Shown: positions 1 through 8,503 of the stretch, piece by piece
How the letters are laid out: each line of letters starts with the position of its first letter
How positions within the stretch are numbered: position 1 is the stretch's first letter
IMG/VR virus record: IMGVR_UViG_3300038829_000114
Source: a virus
Taxonomy: Duplodnaviria > Heunggongvirae > Uroviricota > Caudoviricetes
DNA: 64,000 nt
Reading direction: 5' to 3' (one strand)
The notes under the pieces: generated by a model
Seen by the model: the letters and a program-made list of their open reading frames with translations, nothing else
Database searches by the model: none
Told to the model about the DNA's origin: nothing
Translations under genes and position numbers: made by a program

Positions 1-605
1 TGTTTGGTACGTCTGTCCGTAGCAACAACTACATTCGATTGCGTATTTCTCCAGCGCGGGTACATAAGAACTTTTACCGTGAATGGTATATGTCTGAGCG
101 CCAAGATTACATCGAAGTCGATTTAAGTAACAACCAGTTTGCTGAACTCTTAACCCAAATGAACATGGGTGACGGTGTTCCCTGTACGATTCGCCGGTTG
201 AACGGTGAGCAAATTCCTGAGCCGCCAGTTTGCAAAGCCTTGACTCAGCAAGTGCATAGCGACTTTGAAGATGAAATGAAGAAAAAGGCGACAACAATTA
301 ACGATGCTGCTAAAGCCTTGAGTGCTGAACTAGATAACTCCAAGGTATCAGCGGCTACGAAAAATCAATTGAAGTCGTTACTCAATCAGGTTGTAATGGA
401 ATTTAACAGTAACATTCCATTTGCCTTAGATCAGTTTACTGAAGCCTCTGAAGAAGTTGTCGTACAAGCTAAGGCAGAGATCGAAGGATTTATGGTAAAT
501 GCTATCCAAAAAGCTGGTATGGAAGCAATCACATCTGGTAAAGCAATTATTGATGTTCCCTCGTTAAATCCGGGCTTAGACACCGATTTGACGGGAGTTA
601 AATAA
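1..605 (+). CDS. hypothetical protein, 5'-partial (reading frame open to the window edge; track ORF 39..605 starts at TTG)
   Basis: No stop codon in this frame from position 3 onward; 188+ aa with no recognisable domain. Confidence 0.45.
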   Translation, partial: FGTSVRSNNYIRLRISPARVHKNFYREWYMSERQDYIEVDLSNNQFAELLTQMNMGDGVPCTIRRLNGEQIPEPPVCKALTQQVHSDFEDEMKKKATTINDAAKALSAELDNSKVSAATKNQLKSLLNQVVMEFNSNIPFALDQFTEASEEVVVQAKAEIEGFMVNAIQKAGMEAITSGKAIIDVPSLNPGLDTDLTGVK

Positions 606-616
606 ACTGCTAAGAT
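588..616 (+). promoter_or_regulatory. sigma70-like promoter TTGACG-17-TAAGAT, overlapping the end of the upstream CDS
   Basis: -35 TTGACG at 588-593 and -10 TAAGAT at 611-616. It drives the ~420-nt noncoding stretch that follows. Confidence 0.4.
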
Positions 617-622
617 ATTAGT

Positions 623-1042
623 AAGATTAAAGACCACAGGGGTTTACGCCTCATATGTGGCAAATATTGTAGATAGAGACTACGGCCCTAAATTCGTAGT
701 CGCGGGCAAGAATCCTAGTCCGTAAAAAGTCCCAAGTAGAGTAACTCCGAACGGGCAGGGGGTTTCTTATCAAGAATGTGGTGAGAAACTAAATATAAAA
801 CCTCCGCCGCCACCGGGAAATGTGGTTAGGTAATACTAACAATTGGGGTTTAAGGTCGCAAGACTACCACCAAGGGTAAGGGCGAAAATCCCTCTATCTA
901 CTCTCCTCTTGGGCAAACACCACTGGACTGTGCTTAGTAAAATCTAAGAAACTCCTGGGGTACGTGGCCCAACATTCTGAAGCCCTTTGGACTCCATCCT
1001 TTCCCCTTTCACGTTATCGAGTCTGAAGGGCTTCCTCTTTTT
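623..1042 (+). ncRNA. candidate structured noncoding RNA (~420 nt) bounded by a promoter and a terminator; no ORF of 60 codons or more
   Basis: 450-bp gap without coding potential on either strand. Contains several local hairpins and ends in a hairpin plus T-run. Confidence 0.3.
977..1042 (+). terminator. intrinsic terminator-like compound hairpin (gaagccc…gggcttc) followed by CTCTTTTT
   Basis: Inverted repeat 979-985/1028-1034 with an inner stem ggactc/gagtc, then a T-run at 1035-1042. Confidence 0.4.
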
Positions 1043-1116
1043 GAGCTATCTAAAAAACTAACTTGCTTATAGAGACTCCTTTTGTTACAATATCTTTAAT
1101 TGAAAAGGATATACAC

Positions 1117-1419
1117 ATGGCCAAAGTCAAACAAGCACAAGTCGCTGAGATCATGGACAAAACCAAGACTGCTTACAGCCGGGACCGCTACGGCGAAACA
1201 GCTTGGCGTTCCAACATTGAGTCTCTATTGAAAGCAGGCTTCTCGGCTGAACATGTTGAATGGCTGATGTTGGCTAAGTATGCACGTTGGTCTGGTGACG
1301 CTTTCTCAAAGTTTGATGAAGCTACCGAAACCGAGCTTTTTGATGGTACCGAGCTTATGCAGTATTATCACAAGTGGGGTTTTGAGGATGACAACGACAA
1401 GCCAATTTTGCCTAAGTAA
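1117..1419 (+). CDS. hypothetical small protein
   Basis: ORF with RBS AAAGGA 8 nt upstream of ATG 1117 and a TGTTACAAT promoter at ~1087. The track start at 1063 has no RBS. Confidence 0.6.
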   Translation: MAKVKQAQVAEIMDKTKTAYSRDRYGETAWRSNIESLLKAGFSAEHVEWLMLAKYARWSGDAFSKFDEATETELFDGTELMQYYHKWGFEDDNDKPILPK

Positions 1420-1502
1420 CTCGAATAGAGATACCTAACACTACAATTTGATTTAATAGTCTCTATCAGTTAAAATATAAACACATTGAAAGGATGTAGA
1501 CA

Positions 1503-1793
1503 ATGCTTGAAACAATCGTTGATATGAATGAAGTCCCTGGTATTCTCCGCACGGCTGGTTCCACGATCTTTACCGTGAACTTTACCAAACGCAGTAACAA
1601 AGAACTCCGCACCATGAACTGTCGTATGGGCGTTAAAAAGGGTGTTAAGGGCGTGGGTTTGAACTATGACCCTAAAGACCATCGCTTGCTGCCTGTGTAT
1701 GACGTTCAAGCTAAGGACTACCGTATGATCGCTCTAGACTCTGTGAACTGGGTTAAGCTGCGCGGTCATACTTACTGTGTTCGAGGGCGCTAA
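1503..1793 (+). CDS. hypothetical protein
   Basis: TTGAAAGGA RBS before the ATG, and an AGAGAT…GTCTCTAT hairpin upstream. Confidence 0.6.
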   Translation: MLETIVDMNEVPGILRTAGSTIFTVNFTKRSNKELRTMNCRMGVKKGVKGVGLNYDPKDHRLLPVYDVQAKDYRMIALDSVNWVKLRGHTYCVRGR

Positions 1794-2023
1794 TGAAACC
1801 AACTTGGAAAAATACTTTTAACTCTAGCGTCTCCGAACAAGCACAATGGCGCTGGGGACACATGGAACCAGCGTGGAAAGGTGCTGTGGCCGCTGGATAC
1901 CCGTTTTTTACCTGGAATGGTTGGGTTTATGATACCGAGACTACCAAATGCACACAGGTACTAGTAACCGATCTGGATAGAGACTCCGAAACGCCACTAA
2001 AGGATGACTTGGCTGATAAGTAA
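1793..2023 (+). CDS. hypothetical protein (ATGA start overlapping the previous stop)
   Basis: ORF with start/stop overlap consistent with translational coupling. Confidence 0.5.
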   Translation: MKPTWKNTFNSSVSEQAQWRWGHMEPAWKGAVAAGYPFFTWNGWVYDTETTKCTQVLVTDLDRDSETPLKDDLADK

Positions 2024-2044
2024 CTAACGTGTTACAATGTCTCT

Positions 2045-2245
2045 ATGTGCGAACACAATACAGTAGAACTGTTTAAGGTCAAGTACAACCAGAGTACGGG
2101 GAAAACCCAATGCTTATACGTCTGCCAAGAATGTAAGCACACCTGTACTAAAGTTGTAAACCACCATACTCATTCTCGTAAATTCTATGGCGATGTTGCT
2201 ATCTACCGGGCGTTTGAAAAGTCTGCTATACTAAAGAAACAATGA
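2045..2245 (+). CDS. small Cys-rich (zinc-ribbon-like) protein
   Basis: CxxC…CxxC pairs (CQECKHTC). The start lies inside a GTCTCTATG motif after a TGTTACAAT promoter. Confidence 0.5.
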   Translation: MCEHNTVELFKVKYNQSTGKTQCLYVCQECKHTCTKVVNHHTHSRKFYGDVAIYRAFEKSAILKKQ

Positions 2246-2383
2246 TTCAATTTTTGCAACATTTAATGACAAGCCCGCCACACATTTGCCCTATTGAGGC
2301 AAGTGCTGTTCTTGCCGGTATTAGCGCCCTGGTTTATAAAGGCAAATTGATTCTAGCTTATCTTACTAGCTTTTGGCGCTAAC

Positions 2384-2412
2384 TTGACAAAGTAATATAA
2401 ACCTGCTAAAAT
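2384..2412 (+). promoter_or_regulatory. strong sigma70-like promoter TTGACA-17-TAAAAT; its 16-nt core cTTGACAAAGTAATA is identical to the promoter at 40522
   Basis: -35 at 2384-2389 and -10 at 2407-2412. Confidence 0.55.
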
Positions 2413-2419
2413 ATAAGTT

Positions 2420-2711
2420 TAGTTTCCCACGGCTCATGGCATTTGGTGAAATAACTTGAGCCTAAATAATAATCACCCGCCTGGAGTATTCAGTAACTCT
2501 CACTGGTTTACGGGGCGATAATACCTGAGAAGGGTGTAGGTAATTAAGGTAGCAGCCTCTACATTAGTTATCGAAAGCTGGGGTGGCCTAATAGCAGCCA
2601 CATGGTTAGAGATATAGCGTTTGAACTGCTTTTAGAGACAATGGGAATATCGTCTCTACAGTCTCGCCGGTAGTAATAACCACTGATTAGGTTATTACTG
2701 CCGGATTTTTT
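2420..2711 (+). ncRNA. candidate ~290-nt noncoding transcript or tRNA leader between the promoter and the terminator hairpin upstream of tRNA(CAT)
   Basis: No ORF. Bounded by the promoter at 2384-2412 and the terminator at 2667-2711. Multiple hairpins (gtggc/gccac, gtag/ctac). Confidence 0.3.
2667..2711 (+). terminator. rho-independent terminator (15-bp stem ccggtagtaataacc/ggttattactgccgg + TTTTTT)
   Basis: Near-perfect inverted repeat followed by a T-run, ending 3 nt before the tRNA. Confidence 0.55.
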
Positions 2712-2713
2712 AC

Positions 2714-2789
2714 GCGCCGGTAGCTAAATTGGTTCAAAGCACCGTGCTCATAACACGGGGATGTGGGGGTTCGAATCCCTCCCGGCGTA
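2714..2789 (+). tRNA. tRNA with anticodon CAT (elongator Met or, more likely, lysidine-dependent tRNA-Ile2); no encoded CCA
   Basis: Hand-folded cloverleaf: acceptor GCGCCGG/CCGGCGT (G1·U72), anticodon stem CCGTG/CACGG, loop CTCATAA, T-loop GTTCGAATC. Not an initiator (G29-T30-G31). C4-G69/C5-G68 match tRNA-Ile2 identity elements. Confidence 0.8.
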
Positions 2790-3080
2790 TAATTAAATCT
2801 GGGTTATGTGTTTCTCTGTGGCAGTTTTCACATAGTAACTGACATTTAGATATTTCGGTTACTAAGTTTTCCCAGGTTGTCCCTAAGCACATTCTTAAGT
2901 CCACACGAAATTTTTTTGTGTCTCTATCTAAGTGGTGAAATGTAAGGCTTGCTATATCTTTTAGAGACACTATCCCCAACAATTTGCAGTCTTTCCCATG
3001 TTTATGTACAATAGTTACATAACGTGAATTTAGTCAGAAAAACGACTATCTTTTTCTGACACTTTTGAAAGGGAAAAATA

Positions 3081-3371
3081 ATGACATCACATATCATCAC
3101 AGCAGACGGAACGCATAAGGATGCCAAGCCAGCCAACGGGAAAGACTGGCAGTTATACGAACTCCAAGCCATCGTGCGCGGCAACATCGAAATAATCGGC
3201 ATTAACCATCCTGAATGGCCCTACAACACGATGGTACTCAATGAGGAAGGTAAGCTAAATGGGTTGCCTCTCAATCGTGACGCCACGGTTATTAGTGGTC
3301 TCTATCCCGATGATGTGATTGTAGGTAACGTACTGCTCTGCAATACCGATGATGAAGGGAACATGATCTAA
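3081..3371 (+). CDS. hypothetical protein
   Basis: ORF with RBS GAAAGGGAAAAATAATG. Confidence 0.6.
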   Translation: MTSHIITADGTHKDAKPANGKDWQLYELQAIVRGNIEIIGINHPEWPYNTMVLNEEGKLNGLPLNRDATVISGLYPDDVIVGNVLLCNTDDEGNMI

Positions 3372-3518
3372 TGCTCGTTTATTGCGATCAATGCGGGCAC
3401 CCATTTTGGTTGAATATCCCCTATCTGCCTACTCAATACCTCTGCCGTTACTGTAATCCAGGTATTTGACATAGAGACGATTTTCTGGTAAACTAAAATC
3501 AAGTGAAAGGAACACCAA

Positions 3519-3737
3519 ATGATTTTTGTAATTCAAGACCATAATAATGATGTTGTTGACGTTCAAGAATTGGAACGTATTATGGACTTTGATAAGTACC
3601 TCTTAAAAGAGTACGCAATTGACGTTACCGAAGTGCTTGATGATGATGAGTATGCTAAATACGCTTTGGCATTAACTCGTCAACGGAAAACAAAGGTCTA
3701 TGGTTATACAGTATCGTCATGGAGTGTGTTCAAATGA
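3519..3737 (+). CDS. hypothetical acidic small protein
   Basis: ORF with RBS GAAAGGAACACCAAATG. Confidence 0.55.
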   Translation: MIFVIQDHNNDVVDVQELERIMDFDKYLLKEYAIDVTEVLDDDEYAKYALALTRQRKTKVYGYTVSSWSVFK

Positions 3738-3892
3738 TAATCACATACGAAACCTTGGTTACATTGCCGGGGAAACTCAAATTCAGCTTTAACGGGATGC
3801 TTGCGACTCGTTATCAAAACAATCAAGCCTTTTGCTACGAACTTTGTAACGATGGACGCTGGGAATTAACCGACAACTTTAAGGTGAACTAA
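3734..3892 (+). CDS. hypothetical 52-aa protein (ATGA overlap start); not in the ORF track
   Basis: Open frame read manually (MIITYETLVTLPGKLKF…FKVN*) that fills the gap between annotated ORFs. Confidence 0.35.
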   Translation: MIITYETLVTLPGKLKFSFNGMLATRYQNNQAFCYELCNDGRWELTDNFKVN

Positions 3893-3893
3893 C

Positions 3894-4136
3894 ATGGCTA
3901 AAAAACTCCACCTCACAACCATTACCGTTAAATTCCGCGTATTGGATGACAAGCCCTACGCCTATCAAAACGTCGAACAGCTTCTCTATGATATTACTGA
4001 GGGTAGTATGCTTGGTGATATTACGAACGAGAAACCTGTTTCTAAAGCGCTGAATCGTAAAGCGGCTACAACTGCATCTATCGACTTGGGTAATATTGAT
4101 GGTTCTTGGGTTGATCTGCTTTATGGAAACGACTAA
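3894..4136 (+). CDS. hypothetical protein
   Basis: ORF tightly packed against its neighbours. Confidence 0.55.
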   Translation: MAKKLHLTTITVKFRVLDDKPYAYQNVEQLLYDITEGSMLGDITNEKPVSKALNRKAATTASIDLGNIDGSWVDLLYGND

Positions 4137-4405
4137 TGTTTCTCGTACTCCAGCATGACAAACGTGGCTTTACAATCGCTACATACCATTTTTTCGGGGA
4201 TTACTCGGAGCTATGTCGTCTCTATGGGGACTTGGCTTATAAAACGATTGTAGAGGCAATTAAAGCCCTTGGCCCTGATTCTTATGTAGAGGGAGACAAG
4301 CTCGAAATCATTGAACAAATAGAGATAAATCAGGTATTCTATAAATATGAACACTTAACCGCAAGTTTGATTCGGTTATTCCGGCACTACAGTATTGGCA
4401 TTTGA
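4136..4405 (+). CDS. hypothetical protein
   Basis: ORF with ATGA overlap. Confidence 0.5.
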   Translation: MFLVLQHDKRGFTIATYHFFGDYSELCRLYGDLAYKTIVEAIKALGPDSYVEGDKLEIIEQIEINQVFYKYEHLTASLIRLFRHYSIGI

Positions 4406-4641
4406 CAAGTATCATTCTATCTGATACTATGTATTCATACGGTTGAGAAACCACCGGACAAGCGGGGAACTCTGTTTAGAGACTCCACCACATACTCATA
4501 CCTCCCCATTATATATTACCATGTGGTGTAACGCTTGTCAAACTGGAACACAACACCCCTCGAATAGAGACACTAAGATAACTAAATTGTTTTGGTGTTG
4601 TCTCTATAGTATAATTTATTCATAACGTGAAAGGGGACATT

Positions 4642-5190
4642 ATGGACATTCAATTTGTTGAGAACTTTGCTAAGGATACGTTAGCGGAGTATGCTCAGAA
4701 CTATCCGCAATTACAGGGCTATTCCTTTAGCTGGCTAAATAGCGTTCGCACAATGGGCAAATGCAGTTACATGAATCGCCAAATTAGTCTCAGCAAGCCT
4801 ATGGTTGCTGCTATTGTGGACCAATCTAAAATCGTGGACACGTTGTTTCACGAATTTGCTCACGCGATTGTTGGCCCCGGTGCTGGACATGGTTTTCTGT
4901 GGCAAATGAAAGCTAAAGAGCTTGGGGCTGTTCCAGAGGCTTGTTTTAATACAACTGGTGTTATTGACCCTTTGAAAGTCACTAAGTTTAAGTGGTATCT
5001 TGTTTGCCCGAATTGCGGTTACGTTACTGGTATTGTACGGGCGCGTAAACGTAGAACGGCTTGTAGTGACTGCTGCCGCAAATACAATTTTGGTAAGTTT
5101 ACGGAAAAGTTTATGTTCACAATGTACGAAGCTAGCTCTTATAGAGACTATGTGAACAATCAAAGTGCAAATGGCATTGTAACCGAGTAA
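4642..5190 (+). CDS. SprT-like zinc metallopeptidase with C-terminal zinc ribbon
   Basis: HEFAH (HExxH) motif with a downstream GHG, then CPNCGY…CSDCC. RBS GAAAGGGGA before ATG 4642. Confidence 0.7.
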   Translation: MDIQFVENFAKDTLAEYAQNYPQLQGYSFSWLNSVRTMGKCSYMNRQISLSKPMVAAIVDQSKIVDTLFHEFAHAIVGPGAGHGFLWQMKAKELGAVPEACFNTTGVIDPLKVTKFKWYLVCPNCGYVTGIVRARKRRTACSDCCRKYNFGKFTEKFMFTMYEASSYRDYVNNQSANGIVTE

Positions 5191-5215
5191 ACTAAAAGGA
5201 TACTAAGGAGTCTAT

Positions 5216-5425
5216 ATGCGATTAGGCCGTGTTGAAATAGTAATAGGTTACACTATTGACCTAGATAATTATGCAATGGTGGAAGCCGCTAAAAAGGCTG
5301 TTTTTACAGACCTGGATAATATGGGTGTTGGGATAAACCACGATGTTTATAGAGAAGTGCGAGTCGGGGAAGTCTCTATGCCAACTGAGGGCGACATTCC
5401 AAGCTGGCTATCAGACATCGACTAA
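5216..5425 (+). CDS. hypothetical protein
   Basis: ORF with RBS AAGGAG. Confidence 0.5.
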   Translation: MRLGRVEIVIGYTIDLDNYAMVEAAKKAVFTDLDNMGVGINHDVYREVRVGEVSMPTEGDIPSWLSDID

Positions 5426-5473
5426 TTGACAGAAACCTGATTACCTGTTACTATAACTTGAAAGGAATCTAGC

Positions 5474-5746
5474 ATGATCTCATTTGATGTGACAAAAGAA
5501 GAAGGCGAAAGTATTGACCGCATTGTCAGCCGTGTTGAAAAAGCACTAGGCAATGTGGACCGGGCGGGGCTGGTTATGGACATCTTAGCAACACATGCAA
5601 ACGGCTGTCCCCTAGATTTTGCTAAGCTCGAAGCCTTTCCCGCTACCGACTTCTTTCATGATGTTGGCGGCATTAGTCGGCATCTTAATCGGAGTACAGG
5701 TAAACTAGGCGGCTGCTTCTTACCACGGTGCGCCGTTAGTCAGTAA
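5474..5746 (+). CDS. hypothetical protein
   Basis: ORF with RBS TTGAAAGGAA. Confidence 0.5.
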   Translation: MISFDVTKEEGESIDRIVSRVEKALGNVDRAGLVMDILATHANGCPLDFAKLEAFPATDFFHDVGGISRHLNRSTGKLGGCFLPRCAVSQ

Positions 5747-6319
5747 ATGCAGAAAGGTTTGAAGCGATACGGGACAGCCCCTATAGAGACTATCCTACCT
5801 CTCATTAAAGCTAACAAAGCCCCTATCTTAGTCTTTGGTATCCCAGTCAGTGTCTCAAGCGTCCGTATGCGCGTATTCAAACGTGATAACGGTAAGTGTG
5901 TTGGCTGTGGAAAACAAGGCCACTTTTTCGGTTTAGAAAAATTCACTAAAGATAAGACTAACAACATGCACCTTAATCTCTATCACGTTTGCAAAGATGG
6001 TGGTGAGATGCTTATGACGTTAGATCATATTATCCCCGACTCAATGGGTGGGCATCGTACTGTTAAGAATGGTCGGTGTCTATGCTATCAATGCAACCAC
6101 ACACGGGCCAACTGTGTCAATTGGGGAATACCTAAAGATCAGTGGACTAAGTGCGAATGTCATAAATGTGACCCTGAACTCCATAAGGTTAAATCTGCAT
6201 TAGGTATTAAATCGAAACGCATATTAGTTGAAGCTGTGAAAGCACCTCAATTTTGCGATGAGTGGGTAGGTAGTTGGAATATACCTCTATTCGAGCAATT
6301 CAAAACTCTCAAGTTGTAA
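5747..6319 (+). CDS. HNH homing endonuclease (free-standing)
   Basis: CVGCG…LDHIIP…GG…N…CYQCN HNH/zinc-finger motif. ATG overlaps the upstream stop. Confidence 0.75.
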   Translation: MQKGLKRYGTAPIETILPLIKANKAPILVFGIPVSVSSVRMRVFKRDNGKCVGCGKQGHFFGLEKFTKDKTNNMHLNLYHVCKDGGEMLMTLDHIIPDSMGGHRTVKNGRCLCYQCNHTRANCVNWGIPKDQWTKCECHKCDPELHKVKSALGIKSKRILVEAVKAPQFCDEWVGSWNIPLFEQFKTLKL

Positions 6320-6370
6320 TAGAGACTACACCATGTTACAATGTATTTATCTTGAAAGGATGTGAACTAT

Positions 6371-6646
6371 ATGTCAGCAAAAGTAAATCTGGTTGCGACC
6401 GAATTTAAGTCTTATCTTGGAGTCACCTATGGCTTTCGTTTGTATGATGATTACGGCCAAACGTATGCCAACAACATAGACGCAGCGGAGTGGTCTGTGT
6501 TGGATGATATGAAGCTGTTACAATTTGCCCTTGAAAATACAAACGAAAATTCGGACTCTATTTTTGATAACGTCCGAGATATGGGCGAGGGTATTACGAT
6601 TAACGGCAACTACTACGATCATGAAGAGATTCAGCAGTACCTATAA
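6371..6646 (+). CDS. hypothetical acidic protein
   Basis: RBS CTTGAAAGGA; ATG at 6371 preferred over the track start at 6362. Confidence 0.5.
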   Translation: MSAKVNLVATEFKSYLGVTYGFRLYDDYGQTYANNIDAAEWSVLDDMKLLQFALENTNENSDSIFDNVRDMGEGITINGNYYDHEEIQQYL

Positions 6647-6867
6647 TGTTTATTATCAAAGCCATATTACTGTTTGTTTATTTCGTTGGGCTGTTCTTAG
6701 ACGCTTTCGTGGTATTAACTTACCTGTTAGAGAAAAACGTCTCTGCATGGAAAGCTACTCCGATAGCTCTATTTGCTGGAGCATTGTGGCCGGTGTGGTG
6801 TGGTCTCTATGTTTTTGGTATATTGAATAGAGATAACGTATACAAACTACTGGATAGGTATGTATGA
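6646..6867 (+). CDS. small membrane protein (2 TM)
   Basis: Hydrophobic segments; ATGA overlap. Confidence 0.5.
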   Translation: MFIIKAILLFVYFVGLFLDAFVVLTYLLEKNVSAWKATPIALFAGALWPVWCGLYVFGILNRDNVYKLLDRYV

Positions 6868-7475
6868 ACGGAACACCAGACATTAACCGTATGAAACACT
6901 TTGCTGAGATTGCTCACTTCGGGCAAACCTACAATGATGAAGTGCCCTATACCTACCATTTGGAGCAGGTACAGGCTGTTCTTGTAAGATTCGGTGTTAG
7001 AGAAACTGTTCTTCTTGTTGCCGGGACAGGGCACGACTTATTAGAAGATACGAGAAAATCCTACAACGACATTAAAGAGCGATTTGGATTTGAAGTTGCA
7101 GAACTTATTTATGCTGTGACAAACGAAGTTGGCCGCAATCGTAAGGAACGTGCTGCTAAGACTTATCCTAAGATCGCTGGTAACAATAACGCCACGATTC
7201 TAAAACTGGCAGACCGTATTGCTAACCTAGAGTATGGTTTAGCATCCGGCTCTAAGCAAGTCGAAATGTATCGTAGAGAGTATCCTGAGTTTCGTAAGGC
7301 TCTTTACAAAGACTTTGGAATACCCGATCATCCCTTAGTTGGTAATGACATTCTTATTCTCTCTAACATGTGGATTCATTTGGATACGCTGATGAAGTAT
7401 GATAGCACCCCGCGTCAAGCTGGTCCGAATGAAGCTGGGATACATCGTATCTCCGATTTGCAGAAAAATCGCTAG
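6864..7475 (+). CDS. HD-domain small alarmone ((p)ppGpp) hydrolase-like protein
   Basis: AHxGQ…PY…HL…VA…GHDLLEDT…FG…VA…V…VT matches the RelA/SpoT HD hydrolase motif pattern. Confidence 0.65.
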   Translation: MNGTPDINRMKHFAEIAHFGQTYNDEVPYTYHLEQVQAVLVRFGVRETVLLVAGTGHDLLEDTRKSYNDIKERFGFEVAELIYAVTNEVGRNRKERAAKTYPKIAGNNNATILKLADRIANLEYGLASGSKQVEMYRREYPEFRKALYKDFGIPDHPLVGNDILILSNMWIHLDTLMKYDSTPRQAGPNEAGIHRISDLQKNR

Positions 7476-7506
7476 TAGTGTAAACTAAAAGAAAGGATAT
7501 TAACAT

Positions 7507-7824
7507 ATGAAATTTACAGCAACAGATGACCAAATTGCACAACTAATGGCAAACGCTGTCAATGCAGCACGTCCGATGGGACTGGGTTATCTCCATTTTA
7601 AACCTGAAGACAAACCTGCAAGCGAATTCGGCAAAGCTGTAACTGCCAGGCAATGCTGCATTGATTACTACCAAGGGCGTATGACCAAACTGTACCTAGA
7701 TCACGTTGAAGGTAACACTTGGAAATTGCCCGATGGAAATCCACGCAGCGACTATCAATCGTGGAATTGGAAGTACCCAACATATCAAGCACTCGTGGAG
7801 TCTGTTGGCGCAAAAGTTGTTTAA
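7507..7824 (+). CDS. hypothetical protein
   Basis: ORF with RBS AAAGGA. Confidence 0.55.
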   Translation: MKFTATDDQIAQLMANAVNAARPMGLGYLHFKPEDKPASEFGKAVTARQCCIDYYQGRMTKLYLDHVEGNTWKLPDGNPRSDYQSWNWKYPTYQALVESVGAKVV

Positions 7825-7889
7825 AATCACGCAGCCGTCAGGCAGCGTCTAGGGAGCACTTCTTATTCCTTTCAGAGTGACTCCCTCAA

Positions 7890-7935
7890 ATAGAGACACC
7901 GGCTTTCCCTTTCACCGGTCGTCTCTATTTTTTTG
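7890..7935 (+). terminator. rho-independent terminator (ATAGAGACACCGG…CCGGTCGTCTCTAT + TTTTTTT)
   Basis: 17-bp stem with a 7-T run, immediately followed by a TGTTATACT promoter. Confidence 0.7.
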
Positions 7936-7950
7936 TTATACTAAGACATT

Positions 7951-8445
7951 ATGAATACACTACTAAAAATATTGTTTTTAGACTTCGACGGTGTTTTGAA
8001 TACAGACGCCGATGTAAGCCTAGATAGAGACGCCTTACGGGTTGATCTAATCGGTTTACTAAACACTGTCTTAACGGTTACGGGCGCTGTTGTCGTAGTC
8101 TCTAGTGATTGGCGGCTACACCATACCGTAGATCAATTGACCGACATGCTTAGAGCCAAAGGATTTACAGGCACAATCATTGGAGCTACCTCACGCCTAG
8201 ATTTTCAGATAATTGGATTTGATAGTGATGGGGACTCCATACACCAAAAAGTATCTCGCGCTGACTTAATCCTAGCTTGGTTAAAAGACAATGGAATGCT
8301 TGATGCTAAGGTTGCTATTGTTGACGATGTTGAACCAACCTGGGATGCGAACCATCCTTTGTTTAATCGAATTGTACTGACTGATGGTAAAATGGGATTG
8401 TCGCCTATTGATGCAGCCGATCTTATTAAGTTGTTGAAGGATTAG
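7951..8445 (+). CDS. HAD-superfamily phosphatase-like protein
   Basis: N-terminal FLDFDGVLNT (DxDG[VT] motif I). Paralogous to 31325..31807. Confidence 0.55.
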   Translation: MNTLLKILFLDFDGVLNTDADVSLDRDALRVDLIGLLNTVLTVTGAVVVVSSDWRLHHTVDQLTDMLRAKGFTGTIIGATSRLDFQIIGFDSDGDSIHQKVSRADLILAWLKDNGMLDAKVAIVDDVEPTWDANHPLFNRIVLTDGKMGLSPIDAADLIKLLKD

Positions 8446-8503
8446 TTGCGTAAATTTATTATTCGTGTTACAATATTAAAATAACTGAAAAGGAGTTATC
8501 TCT

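Noticed and set aside
431-637. 68-aa − strand ORF
   Set aside because: Antisense to the first CDS and extends into a promoter region.
606-1062. Self-splicing intron or intron-encoded element in the 450-bp gap
   Set aside because: There is no split host gene, no conserved group I/II core sequences recognisable, and the unit has its own promoter and terminator.
2734-2982. 82-aa − strand ORF
   Set aside because: It overlaps the tRNA(CAT) gene and an ORF-free regulatory region, and has no start context.
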